Shown: one piece after another, positions 63,335-64,000 of the stretch
Numbering within the stretch: position 1 is the first letter of the stretch
Layout of the letters: the number at the start of each line of letters is the position of its first letter
DNA from: Phallusia mammillata
Lineage: Eukaryota
Assembly: GCA_965637545.1 (NCBI GenBank)
Contig: OZ281501.1
Location: forward strand, 11,780,001 to 11,844,000
Reading direction: 5' to 3'
DNA: 64,000 bases
Translations under genes and position numbers: made by a program
The notes under the pieces: model-generated
What the model was told of the DNA's origin: nothing
The model's database searches: none
Seen by the model: only the letters and a program-made list of their open reading frames with translations

Positions 63335-64000
63335 GTAAGTGTTACCAACCAAAGATAGGATATACATCCAACCAGGATGTTAAATGACATTGCAAATCAA
63401 TTGTTTTGGGTTCGAGCTTTTTTTTAATCTACCACTAGTTTCAAAACCACGATGGACTGTTTATGCAAATCAGGAAAACTATTTTTTTTAAATTACCACT
63501 TTTGCACTTGATGCAAACCTTAAAAGTGTGGCTTTCAGCTTGTCATACACATGTATTCAAAGGGTAACGTTAGAAACAAAGCGTCCGCTACTTAACACTA
63601 TGTATTTGTTTTCTTAACACTATGCATTTGTTTAAGTGTTTGTTGGTGAAAACATAACAGACATTGTTCTGATAGAGAAGGCTGTAGGCACAAATACTGT
63701 TTCATATAATTTAGAAAACACAAAACATGTTTATCACTTGGGTGGGTTTGCAAATGCAGGGAAAAGTCATCTTCAGAAAGTGGCAGCCAGTGAGTTATGA
63801 AATATATAATAGTAATGGGACGAGTACCCGGTACTCACATGGGCTTCCGCAGGAAACAATACAGGGGAGGGCAATACTATCGTCACATCGCCGTTCGATA
63901 AACGGTATTTCAGAACAAAAACCATCTGACAGTGATACTCATTCTTGTCAATCCCAATGTAGCAAAGTAGTGCAATAAACAGAATATTAACTATCACTGA

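Noticed and set aside
63335-64000. Exon 4 of the second FMO
   Set aside because: No FDAVxV-like exon was found here; the region contains the start of a repeat (tagtaatgggacgagtacccggtactc), so the gene continues beyond the window.

Overview
AT-rich animal genomic DNA. Short spliceosomal introns, chordate-type FMOs and dense hAT MITEs suggest an invertebrate chordate, probably an ascidian; this is inference, not proven. Order along the window: (i) a MITE-rich non-coding start; (ii) one or two orphan genes for disordered proteins (5.7-10.0 kb) and a weak minus-strand gene model (11.1-12.1 kb); (iii) a ~23.5 kb array (14.1-37.6 kb) of nine thiopurine-S-methyltransferase (TPMT)-family loci with intronless CDSs, seven intact and two pseudogenes, built by tandem/segmental duplication; (iv) a 12-exon flavin-containing monooxygenase (FMO); (v) a 6-exon UDP-glucose 4-epimerase (GALE); (vi) a small orphan membrane protein; (vii) an intron-containing PIF/Harbinger transposon inserted into the end of a MITE; (viii) the first three exons of a second FMO that runs off the window. 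The best candidate for an undescribed system is the expanded TPMT-like array beside FMO genes, with NF-E2/Nrf2-type elements in one TPMT promoter. It could be a clustered thiol/selenol (or halide) methylation and S-oxygenation pathway for detoxification or secondary metabolism. Also seen: three Penelope-type minimal hammerhead motifs and a four-level nested MITE stack. No tRNA, rRNA or CRISPR array was recognised. All exon coordinates were derived by manual translation.
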